Source: Flavobacteriaceae bacterium (GTDB lineage: Bacteria; Bacteroidota; Bacteroidia; Flavobacteriales; Flavobacteriaceae). Taken from it: 64,000 nt of DNA. The DNA lies in the NCBI GenBank assembly GCA_028280265.1, contig JANQMD010000055.1:3626-67625 (forward strand). Direction: 5' to 3'. The notes under the pieces are model-generated. The model was not told the DNA's origin and made no database searches. It worked only from the letters and a program-made list of their open reading frames with translations. How positions within the stretch are numbered: the first letter of the stretch is position 1; every line of letters starts with the position of its first letter. Of the stretch, positions 8,231 to 17,832 are shown in pieces. The position numbers and the translations under genes were made by a program.

Positions 8231-10555
8231 TTACCCAATAATTTTGAGCTTAGCAAATTGTAGTAATAATTTTTTCTTTCCTACGGTTCCAAATTGGATT
8301 TCTGCCTTCTTATTGGCTCCAGTTCCTTCAAGAGCAATTACCTCTCCTTTACCAAATCTATTATGTTCAACAATATTTCCTATTGTGATTTTATCATCAA
8401 ACAGATTTGTATTTGAGTTGTTTGTTTTTGCAACTCTCTTTAAATTTTTAGAGACGCTTGTAATATTTTTTTTAAACTCTTGCCGCTCTTGTCTTTTCCT
8501 CTGAATGGGTTTTTGAAATCGTATTTTTTTAGGGGCATCTCCAAAAATGTCTTGATCAACAAATCTATTTACCGAAGGCTCTACTCTTTTGGGTGTTAAA
8601 TATTCTAAAAATTGCTCATCTATCTCTTCCAAAAATCTACTAGGTTCTCCATCAGTGAGTTTTCCCCAACGGTACCGAGTTTGCGCATACGTTAAATAGG
8701 CTTGCTTTTCAGCACGAGTTAATGCGACATAAAACAGTCTTCTTTCCTCTTCTAATTCAGCACGTGTATTCATACTCATTGCTGATGGAAACAAGTTTTC
8801 TTCTAATCCAACAATGTAGACATAAGGGAATTCTAACCCTTTTGCTAGGTGAATGGTCATTAGAGAAACTCTAGGTTTGTCATCTTTTTTATCAGAATCA
8901 AAATCTGTAGCCAGTGCAACATCTTCTAAAAATGCTGTCAAAGAAGCATCTTCTCCAGTTTCTATTCGATCAGTGATAAAATCTTTAACCCCATTGAGTA
9001 ATTCTTGTATGTTCTCCACCTTACTAACGGCTTCAGGAGTCCCATCTTTTTCCAAATCTTTGATTAGCTGTGTCTGTTTGACTACCAAATCTGCAATATC
9101 AAACGCATTTTTTGTCTGAGCTTCAATTTGAAAGCGCAGAATCATGTTCAGGAAATTTTGAAGTTTGGCCACTGTTCCTGAATTGATTTTTAAATCAATT
9201 TTGTCGAGGTTTTGGATAATTTCAAAGATGGATTTCTTATAGTGATTGGCAGCAATGGTTAATTTATCAATTGTGGTTGCTCCAATTCCTCTTGCTGGAT
9301 AATTGATAATTCTCTTTAAAGCTTCTTCATCATTCGGATTGATCAACATACGGAGGTACGACAATAAATCTTTGATTTCTTTCCGTTGATAAAATGAGAT
9401 GCCACCATAAATCTTATACGGAATATCCTTTTTACGGAGCGCATCTTCCATCGCTCTCGACTGCGCATTGGTCCTGTACAAAATGGCAAACTGATCACTC
9501 TTTAGTTGGTGGTTCATTTTGTTATCAAAGATAGATTGTGCAACATACCTACCTTCTTCTCCATCAGAAATGGTACGCATTACTTTGATTCGTTCACCAG
9601 AATCATTTTGTGTCCAAACCTGTTTGTCTAGCTTTGTCTTGTTTTTCTCAATGACTGAATTGGCAGCATTGACAATGTTTTTCGTAGATCGATAATTCTG
9701 TTCGAGCTTGAAAGTCTTTACATCCGGATAGTCTTTCTGAAAACTCAAAATATTTTGAATGTTCGCTCCACGAAAGGCATAAATACTTTGTGAATCATCC
9801 CCCACGACACAAATATTTTGAAAACGATCTGCCAGAGCTCTCACAATTAAATACTGAGAGTGGTTAGTATCTTGATACTCATCTACCAGAATATATCGGA
9901 AACGATCTTGATATTTAGCCAACACATCTGGATGTCTTGCCAACAATTCGTTGGTGCGTAAAAGTAAATCGTCAAAATCCATTGCTCCGGATTTGAAGCA
10001 ACGGTCTACATATTCTTTATAGATATCACCAATCTTTGGGCGACTCGCCATTAAATCAGCCTCTTGAAGATCTGAATTATTGAAGTAGGCTCTTACCGTA
10101 ATCAAGCTATTTTTAAAAGAAGATATCCTACTTAAAACCTGTTTGGGTTTGTAGCGATCTTTATCCAATCCCATTTCCTTGATAATAGCGGTAATCAAAC
10201 GAACAGAATCTTGCGTATCGTAAATAGTAAAGTTAGACGGATAGCCTAATTTATCGGCTTCTGCTCTTAGGATTCTGGCAAAAACGGAATGGAAAGTTCC
10301 CATCCATAAATTTTTAGCTTCACTTGGACCAACTACGGCTGCAATACGATCTTTCATTTCACGGGCAGCTTTGTTGGTAAAAGTCAATGACAATATGTTA
10401 AAAGCATCTACTCCCTCTTGCATTAAATGGGCAATACGATAGGTAAGAACTCTTGTCTTTCCTGACCCTGCTCCAGCGATGATGATCATAGGTCCATCTT
10501 TCTGTAAAACTGCTGCTTTTTGAGGTGGGTTTAAGGTGTCTAAATAGTGAGCCAA
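8231..10555 (-). CDS. ATP-dependent DNA helicase, UvrD/PcrA family
   Basis: Walker A AGAGSGKTRVLT, motif II LVDEYQDTNHSQY, and QNYRST. The C-terminal Tudor-like tail is GNIVEHNRFGKGEVIALEG. Confidence 0.92.
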   Translation of the reverse strand: MAHYLDTLNPPQKAAVLQKDGPMIIIAGAGSGKTRVLTYRIAHLMQEGVDAFNILSLTFTNKAAREMKDRIAAVVGPSEAKNLWMGTFHSVFARILRAEADKLGYPSNFTIYDTQDSVRLITAIIKEMGLDKDRYKPKQVLSRISSFKNSLITVRAYFNNSDLQEADLMASRPKIGDIYKEYVDRCFKSGAMDFDDLLLRTNELLARHPDVLAKYQDRFRYILVDEYQDTNHSQYLIVRALADRFQNICVVGDDSQSIYAFRGANIQNILSFQKDYPDVKTFKLEQNYRSTKNIVNAANSVIEKNKTKLDKQVWTQNDSGERIKVMRTISDGEEGRYVAQSIFDNKMNHQLKSDQFAILYRTNAQSRAMEDALRKKDIPYKIYGGISFYQRKEIKDLLSYLRMLINPNDEEALKRIINYPARGIGATTIDKLTIAANHYKKSIFEIIQNLDKIDLKINSGTVAKLQNFLNMILRFQIEAQTKNAFDIADLVVKQTQLIKDLEKDGTPEAVSKVENIQELLNGVKDFITDRIETGEDASLTAFLEDVALATDFDSDKKDDKPRVSLMTIHLAKGLEFPYVYIVGLEENLFPSAMSMNTRAELEEERRLFYVALTRAEKQAYLTYAQTRYRWGKLTDGEPSRFLEEIDEQFLEYLTPKRVEPSVNRFVDQDIFGDAPKKIRFQKPIQRKRQERQEFKKNITSVSKNLKRVAKTNNSNTNLFDDKITIGNIVEHNRFGKGEVIALEGTGANKKAEIQFGTVGKKKLLLQFAKLKIIG

Positions 10556-10892
10556 AGGGAATTTATTTAAAGATCAAAAATACCATTAGGAATGCATAGG
10601 AACAAGTAAAGTTATTGACAATTTTTAGTGAGTAAATAACAATTCTCTGATACTAGCAATCTCATTTGAGTAGATCAGTAAAAATACTCTGTAAAGAAAA
10701 CTATTTTACTTCGCTAGGGTATTAAAATATCAAAACACACTGTCTTCCCTGTAACTTTTTATTTTTATTCTAATGAAAAGTTATTCTTCATTACAACCTG
10801 TAGCTATTAATTTTTAAATATTTATAATTATATTGGCTAAGTGCTTTTATTACAGAGCACAAAGTTTAATTAATCATTTTAAAAATTTAGCC

Positions 10893-12731
10893 ATGAAAAA
10901 GACTTTCTATTTCTTTTGCTTTATTCTATTTACTATTACTTGTGGGGCTCAGACCTTATATCAATTCCCTGTTAATCCATTACAAGATTCAAGTACAGAT
11001 TTTCAAAATTTAATTAACTCTATTAACTCCAGTGGAGAAAAAGCTACAATTGAGTTTATCAATGAAACTATTTTAAACAGTAATCATACTGTCAACAGCA
11101 ATGTTCATTTGAAATTTAGAAAAGGTGGACTTATAAAAGGTTCAGGTGTATTAACAATTAATACTTCTATTCAGGCAGGTCATTTTCAAATATTTGATAT
11201 CAACAAAATAATTAACGGGAAAATTCAAACACCTTATTTATATCCTCAATGGTATGGGGCTGTTGCTGATGATTCAAATCCTGATGATGTAGCTATCAAC
11301 AAAACAATAGAATTAGCAAACAGAACTGCACAATACAGAACTATATTTTTTCCTTCAGGAAATTACTTGCTATCTGCACCTATTATTCTAAAACAATTTT
11401 CGGGTATAAAAGGAGAAAATTTAAGGGGTACTGTCTTAAAAACTACGGGTTCATTCACAGGTAGCTCTATGATTACAAATGATGATGGAGCTTATTATAA
11501 CAATATTGAAAATTTCCTTTTAGAAAATGATTATGTACTTCCGAATATGGTCATGATTGATGTACACCAACAATGGGAAGGGTCGTATATTAAAAATATA
11601 CATTTATCAATTCAAGAAAACTCTGGAGTTAAAGCTCAGGTAAAAGGGGGTATATGGCATACGAAAAAAGACCCTAACAGAACTCAATCAGGAGGTGGGC
11701 AATACGCCGTTGAAAATATTAATGCATTCTATGGTTTAGGTTTATGTAAAGAAGAATTTGTGAAGTTAGAAAACGATGGTGGTTTATACTTAAGGAAATG
11801 GAACATTAACTCTAAGCACATGACTAATCAAAGAAACGGTGCATTAGTCTCTCTAAAAGTAACAGGGTTAGTTCTAGACGCAAGCGACTTTCACCTTGAA
11901 GTAAGTCCAGCTTATAACACTCCTTCAATTATAATGAAAGGAGGAGCTGTGTCAATTATAAGTTTGACCAATTCTGATATCGTTCCTTATTTGAATAAAA
12001 ATGGAAGTCAAAATGTGATTGGCTTTACTAATGATGAACTAGTAGGTATTGAGATTGATATACATGAAGATGAAGGAAATACTGCTGAATGGAATATAGA
12101 AAATGTTACTTTAAAGTCAGGTACAGGTGGTAATTGGTATGTTGATTATAAAATACCTGTTAGGCTAAAAACTTTTAGTGGTGATACAATGAATCCAGTC
12201 AAGGTGAAAGACTTTCTAAACTTTCCCGATACCGATAATAAAAATCCGACTATTATACGGAAATTTACCAAGAATGAAATTTCTATGAATCGTCATGTGG
12301 TGGATCCTCATTTTCAAAATACCATTGGTATTAAGGAAGGTATCATTAATCAGCAAACTATAGGGACATTAGGTATAAATGCAACTGCGCAAATTTTTAC
12401 TCCTCACTTAATGTCAGATTATACAAACGGGAAAAATAGAGAGGATAAAATTGAAAATTATACCTTAAGTTCAGGTAATAATTATCAAGCTAAAGGATAC
12501 ATGGTTTTTATCTCTGCAATGGATACTTGGGGCGTTCCTAAAGGAGGCCTATTTCAAGTTTTAACTACCTACTATGAAGGGACATTAAGGCATAGCATTA
12601 GTCCACAAGAAATCAATGGCGTGAGGTTAGAAATTGACTCTAGTAATAAGCTTAATGTGAAGAATACCTCTCCGAGAAGTTTTTCAAGAACGAATGTAAT
12701 GATTTTAGGAACTGGTACAGAAAAGCAATAG
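10893..12731 (+). CDS. secreted right-handed beta-helix protein (pectate-lyase-superfamily / tailspike-like)
   Basis: Signal peptide MKKTFYFFCFILFTITCGA|Q. The motif YPQWYGAVADDSNPDDVAINKTIELANRTAQYRTIFFPSGNYLL is typical of Pectate_lyase_3-type N-termini. The start is moved to ATG 10893 from the track start at 10833. Confidence 0.5.
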   Translation: MKKTFYFFCFILFTITCGAQTLYQFPVNPLQDSSTDFQNLINSINSSGEKATIEFINETILNSNHTVNSNVHLKFRKGGLIKGSGVLTINTSIQAGHFQIFDINKIINGKIQTPYLYPQWYGAVADDSNPDDVAINKTIELANRTAQYRTIFFPSGNYLLSAPIILKQFSGIKGENLRGTVLKTTGSFTGSSMITNDDGAYYNNIENFLLENDYVLPNMVMIDVHQQWEGSYIKNIHLSIQENSGVKAQVKGGIWHTKKDPNRTQSGGGQYAVENINAFYGLGLCKEEFVKLENDGGLYLRKWNINSKHMTNQRNGALVSLKVTGLVLDASDFHLEVSPAYNTPSIIMKGGAVSIISLTNSDIVPYLNKNGSQNVIGFTNDELVGIEIDIHEDEGNTAEWNIENVTLKSGTGGNWYVDYKIPVRLKTFSGDTMNPVKVKDFLNFPDTDNKNPTIIRKFTKNEISMNRHVVDPHFQNTIGIKEGIINQQTIGTLGINATAQIFTPHLMSDYTNGKNREDKIENYTLSSGNNYQAKGYMVFISAMDTWGVPKGGLFQVLTTYYEGTLRHSISPQEINGVRLEIDSSNKLNVKNTSPRSFSRTNVMILGTGTEKQ

Positions 12732-12752
12732 CTTTAATTAAGATTTCGATTT

Positions 12753-12786
12753 AAAAAGGAGTTAAAAATAATTAACTCCTTTTTTT
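12753..12786. terminator. bidirectional terminator between convergent genes
   Basis: Stem AGGAGTTAA (12757-12765) pairs with TTAACTCCT (12772-12780). It is flanked by an A run upstream and a T6 run downstream. Confidence 0.8.
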
Positions 12787-13900
12787 AGTCCAATGAAATT
12801 ATATTCCTCTTAAATAAAGGCACAGACAAGAGTGTCATTAACAATCCCATTCCTATGAGAATTCCCATTTTGGGTAAGATATCTACTACGGTTAATTGTC
12901 TCCAGAAAATATCAAAAAAGCCTTCTATACCCCAGTAATTCACGCTAAAAACAGCTACTTTTTTTATAAAATCTGGCATCATATAAATCGGAATCATACT
13001 GCCTCCTATGGCAGACATTAATATGATAATGATACTGCTCATCCCCTGTAATTGTTGACGTGTTTTTACTACTGAGACTAAGAAAATACCAAAACTAGAC
13101 ACGGCAAATGAGATACAAAGAATCAACAATGCCAGTGTCAATGTATCCATAAAAATAGGCAGTCCAAATGCCAACCAAGCAAAAACAAACATTCCCGCTA
13201 ATTGCAGTACTGAGATAATCATGGCAGTACTCATTTTACCAAAAAGAATATGTAAAGGCTTGATGGGCGAACTTAAAAGTCTCTTTAGTGTACCCGCTTC
13301 TTTTTCATCTAACAAGCTACCACCAATAGCGGCAATACTAAATAGTAACATCATAATAGCAGTTCCTGATACCGCTTGCACCAATCCTGGATTCGGTTTG
13401 TTATCGGTTAATTTGATTACTGGAGTAGTTTTTACTTGTAAATTTGAATTTACTTGCGTTTTCCCAAATGCTCTTTGCATACTTTCCTGAACTACAGAGA
13501 GCAACATTCTTGTTTGGATTTCTCTCGCTGCATCAAACTGGAGTTCTACAGGAATCGGAGAACCATTCATGACAGCTTCTTGAAACCCTTTATTGAATAA
13601 CAAGACGCCTACATTCTTTCCTTTTTTGACTTTATCTAATGCTTTTTCCTCTGTCATTTGCTTCAGGTTCATCATAGGTAACGAATGAACTTTATGAATG
13701 AAATTAATGGAAGCCTGACTACTGTCTTTATCAACTACCAACAGAGTTGTGGGTTTGGGAACTCTTTTCTTTCTTCCAACACCTCCAAATGAAAAAGCAA
13801 ATAGTGTAATTAAAATGATCGGTAATAAAAATGTGAGTAGAATTCCTTTTCTATCTGAAAAATATAGCTTTAAATCCTTAAGAAGTATTGTTTTAATCAT
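12785..13900 (-). CDS. ABC-2 type transporter permease
   Basis: N-terminal TM segment, a large extracytoplasmic loop, then about 5 C-terminal TM segments. Lies directly downstream of the ABC ATPase. Confidence 0.8.
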   Translation of the reverse strand: MIKTILLKDLKLYFSDRKGILLTFLLPIILITLFAFSFGGVGRKKRVPKPTTLLVVDKDSSQASINFIHKVHSLPMMNLKQMTEEKALDKVKKGKNVGVLLFNKGFQEAVMNGSPIPVELQFDAAREIQTRMLLSVVQESMQRAFGKTQVNSNLQVKTTPVIKLTDNKPNPGLVQAVSGTAIMMLLFSIAAIGGSLLDEKEAGTLKRLLSSPIKPLHILFGKMSTAMIISVLQLAGMFVFAWLAFGLPIFMDTLTLALLILCISFAVSSFGIFLVSVVKTRQQLQGMSSIIIILMSAIGGSMIPIYMMPDFIKKVAVFSVNYWGIEGFFDIFWRQLTVVDILPKMGILIGMGLLMTLLSVPLFKRNIISLD

Positions 13901-13917
13901 CTTATAATATTTTCTAG

Positions 13918-14838
13918 TTAGTCTCTTAGTTGCTTTCCTGTTAGATGAAGAAAAATCATTTCTAGATTGACTTTTCTTAATTGTATGTCTTTGATTTTAA
14001 CAGATAAAGAATTGCAGGTTGAAATAATAACGGGCAGTTCTTTTACACCAGCATGAATATGCACCGTATTAGAATCTTTTGACATTTGAGTAGAAATAGC
14101 GCTTTTTAAATTTTCAAACTGACTGTTAGTGAATGTTTCAAACTCTATTTGGACTTCCTCAGTATTGGGAACCAATTCTTGTAGTTGGTTTTTAGTCCCT
14201 TGTGCTATGATTTCTCCATTATCTACAATTGCGATACGGTCACACAAACGCTCTACTTCTTCCATGTAATGAGTTGTATATACAATGGTCATCCCTTGCT
14301 TGTTTAGAGATTCAATGATTTCGAAAATTAGATTTCTACTTTGTGGATCAATTCCTACCGTAGGCTCATCTAAAAGCAGAACTTTTGGATTGTGCAGCAG
14401 GGCCGCTGCGATGTTTATTCTTCTTTTCATTCCCCCTGAATAGGTTTTTACAAGGTCTTTTCTTCTTTCATATAGCCCAATGAGTTTAAGAGTTTCGTCT
14501 ATTTTCTTTTTCAAATCAGCAACTACAATTCCGTATAGTTTTCCCCAAAAAAGAAGGTTCTCATAAGCTGATAGCTCTTCGTAGAGAGAAATTTCCTGTG
14601 GAACTACCCCAATAAGGGTTTTAAATTTTCTAGCATTACCATTCAATTTTATTCCGTCAATTGAAATGATTCCCTTATCACATTTCAGCATTGAACTTAG
14701 CATACTAAGCGTGGTCGATTTCCCAGCTCCATTGGGTCCTAGTAATCCAAAAATCTCACCTTCATTAATTTCAAAACTGATGTTCTTTACTGCTTGTACA
14801 GTTCCATAAGACTTCGAAAGGTTGGCAACTTGTATCAT
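13918..14838 (-). CDS. ABC transporter ATP-binding protein
   Basis: Walker A GPNGAGKST, signature SGGMKRR, Walker B LLLDEPT. The probable start is MIQVANLSKSYG (14838) rather than the track start at 14859. Confidence 0.92.
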   Translation of the reverse strand: MIQVANLSKSYGTVQAVKNISFEINEGEIFGLLGPNGAGKSTTLSMLSSMLKCDKGIISIDGIKLNGNARKFKTLIGVVPQEISLYEELSAYENLLFWGKLYGIVVADLKKKIDETLKLIGLYERRKDLVKTYSGGMKRRINIAAALLHNPKVLLLDEPTVGIDPQSRNLIFEIIESLNKQGMTIVYTTHYMEEVERLCDRIAIVDNGEIIAQGTKNQLQELVPNTEEVQIEFETFTNSQFENLKSAISTQMSKDSNTVHIHAGVKELPVIISTCNSLSVKIKDIQLRKVNLEMIFLHLTGKQLRD

Positions 14839-14975
14839 AATTTTTATTTGATAGGTCAAAAATCTAGGTTCGAGTGCTTTTTTGAAAAATGTTCAGGATG
14901 AGTTGTAAGATTATCAGGACGAACTGTAAACCATTTCTTTTCTTTGATTAAATGATTATAAAAGAATATTTTTGA

Positions 14976-15491
14976 ATGATGGAAGACAAAATACTAGAAG
15001 GACTTGCTTATGCCATTCCTGCATTGGTTACTGGAGGGGTTGCCTATTTTATTTTTAGTGGATTTCTAAAACAAGATAGCAGAGAGAAAAAACTAGAAAT
15101 GTTAGCGAACAAGAAAAAAGAAGGGTTACCGATTAAGTTACAAGCATACGAACGAATGCTACTGTTCTGTGAGCGTATAAACCCAGTTAAATTATTACTT
15201 CGCGTAAAGCCCATTGGCGATAGAAAAGAGGATTATATACAGCTTTTGATCGCAAATATTGAGCAAGAGTTTGAACACAATTTAGTCCAGCAACTCTATA
15301 TCTCGGATGAATGCTGGAATGTTGTCATCGCATCGAAAACTGCTGTGATTAATACGCTAAAGCAAATCGTAGACTCCTCTGGGTCTGCAAGTGATTTTAG
15401 AGAAAACGTTCTATTAGAATATTCTAAAAAGCTACCTCAAACCGATACTGCCGTTGCTTTTTTGAAAAATGACGTAAAAAAACTTCTCTAA
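14976..15491 (+). CDS. hypothetical membrane-anchored protein
   Basis: 171 aa with one N-terminal TM segment (LAYAIPALVTGGVAYFIFSGF). No recognisable domain. Confidence 0.5.
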   Translation: MMEDKILEGLAYAIPALVTGGVAYFIFSGFLKQDSREKKLEMLANKKKEGLPIKLQAYERMLLFCERINPVKLLLRVKPIGDRKEDYIQLLIANIEQEFEHNLVQQLYISDECWNVVIASKTAVINTLKQIVDSSGSASDFRENVLLEYSKKLPQTDTAVAFLKNDVKKLL

Positions 15492-15507
15492 TGTTTTTAA
15501 CACAAAA

Positions 15508-15536
15508 AAACGCTGGTTTTTTCAAACTCAGCGTTT
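15508..15536. terminator. bidirectional terminator hairpin
   Basis: AAACGCTG (15508-15515) pairs with CAGCGTTT (15529-15536) between convergent genes, with A and T runs on either side. Confidence 0.6.
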
Positions 15537-15564
15537 TCGCATTTAATATTCGGGGGAATATATA

Positions 15565-17478
15565 TTAGAATTGCAAACGCATTCCTAACTGAAAATTTCT
15601 ACCTCTGGTTGAAAAACCAAAGATTTCTTGGTAATCTTCGTTCAATATATTTGTGATGTTTCCGTAAACATCAACTTGTTTTGACAAAGAATGTTTTACT
15701 CCAAAATCCAACAATGAATAGGATGCTAATTGCACTGCTAGTGGATTGGAAAAATTTCTAAAATCTGTATCATCACGATCACTTACATACTGATAATCCA
15801 AAGAAAAGTTTGTTTTTTCCGATAATATGTAGGTAAAGTTTGCATTAAATTTATTTTTGGGGATACGTATTGCTACTACATCATTTTTTGTATATGAATA
15901 GTTCGCATTCACAGCAAACTCTTTGGTAAATTGATAAGAAGTATTTATTTCAACTCCATTGATAGTTGTATCTCCACCATTTGTCATTCGAAAAGTTGTT
16001 GAATCGAATACAATAATATTTTTCACATCTCTGTTAAAATACACAGCATTCACTAAAAAATCCCCAAGCTTATACTCGGCTCCAAATTCATAAGATGAGC
16101 TTTCTTGAGGTTTTAAGTCTGGATTTCCCCATGTAGCAAACAATTCCTGAATGGAAGGAGCTACAAAAGCAGTACTATAAGAACCAAAGAAACGTGCGTA
16201 ACCATTTTCATTTGTAAATCTGTACGATGGGTTTAGATTATACACAAAGTGGTTTCCATAAATACTGTGATTGTTTAAACGAACTCCTGCATTCGCATTA
16301 AATCCGCTACCTGAAATAAACACAATGTTTGCATAAGGATCTGTAATTGTTGTCTCTGGTTTCTGACTGTATTGAGTTTCTGTAAGCTGTGTTTGTCCGA
16401 AAGGAATAGAGAACGTTTGAATTTTATTCTTTTGTAGGTTTACTCCTACAATTAATTTCACCTTTTTAAAATTATGCTTTACAAAAGCATCTACCATTGT
16501 ATTATCTCCATTACTTTTTCCTGGAAAAGAGGTATTTGTTCTATCTATGTCGAATTTTGTATATCCAAAATTTACCTTCACAGAACCACTTGCATACCTA
16601 TACTCTGGAGAGAAACTGAACCTGTAATTAGATTCTCTAGCTTGGTTGTTTCCGTCTGCAAAAGAACCTGCATCATAACTGTTATTAAAGTTATTTACAG
16701 AATAGGTAGCCGTTGTGGAAAAACTATCTGAAAAATCATAGCCCAACCTCAAGTCAAAGTTGTTTCTTCGAAAAGGATCATCATTAAAATTATTTGTTCC
16801 TGCCATATCTTTTGCAGCAGAAAAACCATCGGATTCAAATAAAGAAAACGAGGCTAGGTAATTCAATTTTTTAATAGTCCCATTAGTTCCTAGGTCAACT
16901 TGTTTTACAGTCCCTTTATTACTTTTAGTAGCTGTTTTATTAGAACCTAAAGAAGTTCCAAAATAAGAGTTAGAAACTCCAGATTTCGCTTTTTTCATAC
17001 GAATATCGATAACTGCAGTTGCTGCACCTGATCCATATAAAGTACTAGAAGCTCCTTTGCTTATTTCTATGGATTCTACTTGTTCAAGATTAAGCAATCT
17101 TAAATCAAAATTATTCTGTAGAGGGTTTACTACTTGCAGCCCATCAATCAGAATTACTACTTCATTGCTACGTCCTCCTCTAACGAAATATCCCAAAGTT
17201 TGTCCAAAAACACTTGTGTTTCCATTAATTTCGATACCAGCAATACGGTTGATTAAATCTACAACGGTTTTCCCTTTGTTTTGTTCAATAGTTTTGGAAG
17301 TAATTTTGTGAACAATTTTTCCAGAATTCTCTTTTTTAATTTTAAATCGTGAATCAATCACAATTTCGTCTAACTCCTCTACTCTTTCTTTTTCGTTGTC
17401 ATCCTTTTCTTGCCCATTTACAATATTAAAGGCAGAGAAAAATGCCAAAGCACCAATGATTATACATTGTTTTTTCAT
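15565..17478 (-). CDS. btuB: TonB-dependent outer-membrane receptor, cobalamin type
   Basis: Signal peptide (...NIVNG|QE), a plug domain, and a beta-barrel ending in the terminal aromatic residue (GMRLQF). The 637-aa size is typical of BtuB. A cobalamin riboswitch lies in its leader and cob genes are adjacent. Confidence 0.85.
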   Translation of the reverse strand: MKKQCIIIGALAFFSAFNIVNGQEKDDNEKERVEELDEIVIDSRFKIKKENSGKIVHKITSKTIEQNKGKTVVDLINRIAGIEINGNTSVFGQTLGYFVRGGRSNEVVILIDGLQVVNPLQNNFDLRLLNLEQVESIEISKGASSTLYGSGAATAVIDIRMKKAKSGVSNSYFGTSLGSNKTATKSNKGTVKQVDLGTNGTIKKLNYLASFSLFESDGFSAAKDMAGTNNFNDDPFRRNNFDLRLGYDFSDSFSTTATYSVNNFNNSYDAGSFADGNNQARESNYRFSFSPEYRYASGSVKVNFGYTKFDIDRTNTSFPGKSNGDNTMVDAFVKHNFKKVKLIVGVNLQKNKIQTFSIPFGQTQLTETQYSQKPETTITDPYANIVFISGSGFNANAGVRLNNHSIYGNHFVYNLNPSYRFTNENGYARFFGSYSTAFVAPSIQELFATWGNPDLKPQESSSYEFGAEYKLGDFLVNAVYFNRDVKNIIVFDSTTFRMTNGGDTTINGVEINTSYQFTKEFAVNANYSYTKNDVVAIRIPKNKFNANFTYILSEKTNFSLDYQYVSDRDDTDFRNFSNPLAVQLASYSLLDFGVKHSLSKQVDVYGNITNILNEDYQEIFGFSTRGRNFQLGMRLQF

Positions 17479-17569
17479 TTTGAATGATTTAGTTTTAACA
17501 AATAAATCAGGTAAAATTTTTGTACAAAATATTTAGATTAGTACACAAACCTTTATCCCGAAAGTTTTT

Positions 17570-17755
17570 ACTCATGATTTATGGCAGGTCTCCTGACTTG
17601 TTTTAAACTATTGAACCTTCCCAACATTATGTCAGTGGTATTTGTAGTAATAGTCTCTCTTTTAAAAAGAGATGCCGAAATAAGTTCGGCATAAACTTAC
17701 AGTTGCGGGAACAGTCTTGGATTTGCACCAAATTCCCTTTTAATTCACAAACAAC
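17570..17755 (-). promoter_or_regulatory. cobalamin (B12) riboswitch in the btuB leader
   Basis: The minus strand reads AAAGGGAATTTGGTGCAAATCC, then GTTCCCGCAACTGTAA, then CCACTG...TTGGGAAGG, then the B12 box AGTCAGGAGACCTGCC (rc of 17583-17598). Ends are approximate. Confidence 0.9.
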
Positions 17756-17784
17756 GAAATTGATTGCGAAACCAAAAATCAGCA

Positions 17785-17814
17785 CAAATTTATAGTATTA
17801 TTATGTAATACAAA
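17785..17814 (-). promoter_or_regulatory. candidate Bacteroidota promoter (-33 TTTG / -7 TAAATTTG) driving riboswitch-btuB
   Basis: The minus strand reads gcTTTGtattacataataatactaTAAATTTGtgc. The -7 box is the rc of 17785-17792, the -33 TTTG is the rc of 17811-17814, and the spacer is 18 nt. It lies about 30 nt upstream of the riboswitch core. Confidence 0.5.
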
Positions 17815-17832
17815 GCTTATTTATAAAAAAGA

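Noticed and set aside
8190-9119. Plus-strand ORFs 8190-8504 and 8853-9119
   Set aside because: They are antisense to the UvrD/PcrA helicase CDS. The translations are hydrophobic and low-complexity, as expected from an AT-rich antisense frame.
16474-17311. Plus-strand ORFs inside btuB (16474-16731, 17057-17311)
   Set aside because: They are antisense to a full-length TonB-dependent receptor.
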